Assembly (NCBI GenBank): GCA_900315675.1
Contig: OMZY01000013.1
Span: forward strand, 700-64,699
Direction of reading: 5' to 3'
DNA length: 64,000 nt
Origin: an uncultured Eubacteriales bacterium
GTDB lineage: Bacteria > Bacillota > Clostridia > Christensenellales > Aristaeellaceae
In this document: positions 62,337 through 64,000 of the stretch, in pieces
How the letters are laid out: each line of letters starts with the position of its first letter
How positions within the stretch are numbered: position 1 is the stretch's first letter
Made by a program: the position numbers and the translations under genes
Notes under the pieces: model-generated
The model's input: only the letters and a program-made list of their open reading frames with translations
What the model was told of the DNA's origin: nothing
Databases searched by the model: none

Positions 62337-63230
62337 TCAGGAAAAAGCGGATTCCAGCGTCCGCAGCAGGTACCGCTCCGTCACGCTGTACAGGGACTGC
62401 CCGATCTCCTTCGCGTCCGCGCCCGAAGCATGCACCTGGATACTCACCGGCGCGGAAACCGACCGGGCGTCCCGGGTGACAATGCTCAGCACCTGTCCCG
62501 CTGCCGGACTCCCGGTGAGTACGCTCCCCATGAGTCCCTTCCCGATTTTTTCCTCTCCGTGAATTTTGAATTCCTGCGGAGTCAGTATTAATTCTGAATT
62601 CTGAATTCGTAATTCTGAATTGGTAACCCTCTCCCTCGCCGCCGGCGAAAGCTCCGAAAGCAGCCGGCGCAGCAGCGGCACCGCCCGTTTCTCCTTTTTG
62701 ACGGGAATAATGTATTCCGCGTCCCCGTCCTCCGCCACCTGTACCTCCGTCGGCCGGGAAAAGCGGCCGCCCGCGGACATTTTCACCGGGGGTCCGCCTC
62801 CGGGATCCGTTCCCCCGCCTTCCTGTTCCGCCTTCACGTGCAGCGTCACCGGCGCCGCAAAAAGGCTCCGGACGCTGTTCAGGGCCGTCCGGGCCGCGGA
62901 AGTGATTCCCGCCGCGCTGGCTTTCAGGGCGATCGGCTGTTTCACCAGGGCGGTGAAACGCTCATAATCCGTGAAAGCCTGTGACAGATCCAGGCCCAGG
63001 GACAGCCCGCCCAGTCCGTTCAGGCTTTCCGTCACAACGCCCCTGCCGGAGAAATCCGGCAGCAGGCCCAGGTCCTCCGCAAAAGCATGCAGGGAGGCGG
63101 AAGCGGCGCCGAAGGCCGCGGCCAGGGAATCCGCCAGCGCCGTGTTTTCCGCCAGGACCGACTGCAGGCGGGCAATCCCCGCCTCATCCAGTTCCACCGC
63201 AAAGGAAGCCAGAAACTCCTGATCCGCCAT
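62337..63230 (-). CDS. Very short (297 aa) tape-measure-like protein
   Basis: N-terminal EFLASFAVELD, Ala-rich helical middle, SAGGRFSRPT...AEDGDAEYIIPV tail motif; position upstream of Dit. Confidence 0.65.
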   Translation of the reverse strand: MADQEFLASFAVELDEAGIARLQSVLAENTALADSLAAAFGAASASLHAFAEDLGLLPDFSGRGVVTESLNGLGGLSLGLDLSQAFTDYERFTALVKQPIALKASAAGITSAARTALNSVRSLFAAPVTLHVKAEQEGGGTDPGGGPPVKMSAGGRFSRPTEVQVAEDGDAEYIIPVKKEKRAVPLLRRLLSELSPAARERVTNSELRIQNSELILTPQEFKIHGEEKIGKGLMGSVLTGSPAAGQVLSIVTRDARSVSAPVSIQVHASGADAKEIGQSLYSVTERYLLRTLESAFS

Positions 63231-63318
63231 CTTTCCTCTCTCCTTTCCGCCGTACTTGCCTCACCCCGCGCCGGGGTGATATCATATTTTCTGAAATACA
63301 GTAAGGATGGGTTCTGCC

Positions 63319-63954
63319 ATGAATATCTATGTTGATTTTGATGACTGCCTGTGTGAAACCGGAAGATCTTTTTCCGTTCTCGCCTCCGAGCTGTTCGGAA
63401 TAAACGTGCCCTACGAGGAGATGCGTTATTTCAACCTCCAGCACGCCTTCGGCCTGACGGAGGAACAGTACCGCCTGCTGCTTGTCAAAGGCCATGAGCC
63501 GGACCGGATCCTCGCCTTTGAGGAAACGCCCGGCGCCTCAGCGGTCATGAACGAATGGCTCCGCGCCGGCCACAATGTGTCGGTGATAACCGGCCGTCCC
63601 GGCAGCTGCTATGACGTATCCCGCGCCTGGCTGGACAACCACGGCCTGCAGGATATCCCGCTGTTCACCCTGGACAAATACGGCCGGGAGAACGGTATGC
63701 AGCACGGTGCCACCAGCCTCTCCCTGTACGACTATTACAAAATGAAATTCGATTACGCGGTGGAGGATTCTCCCCTGGCTTTCCGGTTTTTCGATCACCT
63801 GCCGGACCTGAAGGTCCTGGTCTTCGACCGCCCCTGGAACCGGCTTCCGTCGCTGCCCGGCAGCAATTACCTCCGGTGCTGTGACTGGAAAGCCGTCCGG
63901 GCCGCCGCCCTGAACCCCTACGGCGTGGAAGCCTCCGTCCTTGAACAGCCATAA
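63319..63954 (+). CDS. HAD-superfamily 5'(3')-nucleotidase-like protein
   Basis: IYVDFDDCLCET, VITGRP, SRAWLDNHG, YAVEDSP, VFDRPWN. Confidence 0.85.
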   Translation: MNIYVDFDDCLCETGRSFSVLASELFGINVPYEEMRYFNLQHAFGLTEEQYRLLLVKGHEPDRILAFEETPGASAVMNEWLRAGHNVSVITGRPGSCYDVSRAWLDNHGLQDIPLFTLDKYGRENGMQHGATSLSLYDYYKMKFDYAVEDSPLAFRFFDHLPDLKVLVFDRPWNRLPSLPGSNYLRCCDWKAVRAAALNPYGVEASVLEQP

Positions 63955-64000
63955 AGAACGATATAACGTTCCTCATCCCCGGGCAGCTTCGGCTGCCCGG

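Larger units (their letters stand above)
51589..63230 (-). mobile_element. Fragmented/domesticated contractile-tail phage module (tape measure to holin) interleaved with host genes
   Basis: Eleven minus-strand phage-type genes in canonical order, separated by six unrelated loci. Confidence 0.75.

Noticed and set aside
51589-63230. Wholesale genetic code 15 (TAG=Gln) recoding of the phage module
   Set aside because: Only one internal TAG occurs; all other phage ORFs are open under code 11.
51589-63230. Intact inducible prophage
   Set aside because: No integrase, replication, capsid, sheath or fibre genes in view; the module is interrupted by host genes and the endolysin is split. Sequence beyond the window is unseen.

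Overview
High-GC Firmicutes (Clostridia-like) chromosomal window; no rRNA, tRNA, CRISPR, integrase or transposase was seen. All domain calls are by eye from motifs; no database search was run. (1) 0.1-11.5 kb: two orphan phage-type genes, then housekeeping and accessory genes (MerR, aldo/keto reductase, rhomboid, LRR surface protein, SLOG, flavin reductase/HxlR, mntP with a yybP-ykoY riboswitch) separated by dense palindromic and 7-bp repeats. (2) 11.6-21.1 kb: two tandem ECF sigma / very large modular anti-sigma-like pairs. (3) 21.3-27.2 kb: thiol-redox cluster, free Met-sulfoxide reductase, MATE. (4) 27.5-50.7 kb: a ~23 kb catabolic locus with two sugar ABC transporters, a YesMN-type two-component system and a MATE pump. 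One NAD(P)H-binding module there is fused four times, twice to MoaF-like barrels and twice to GH63-like barrels that seem to lack canonical catalytic motifs. (5) 50.8-51.6 kb: ORF-poor, hairpin-dense element. (6) 51.6-63.2 kb: a myophage-type tape-measure/baseplate/lysis module in canonical order but interleaved with six unrelated host loci, with a very short tape measure, a truncated spike, no tail fibre and an amber-split endolysin; this is a candidate domesticated phage-derived apparatus. The strongest novelty candidates are (6), the fusion enzymes of (4) and the modular anti-sigmas of (2).
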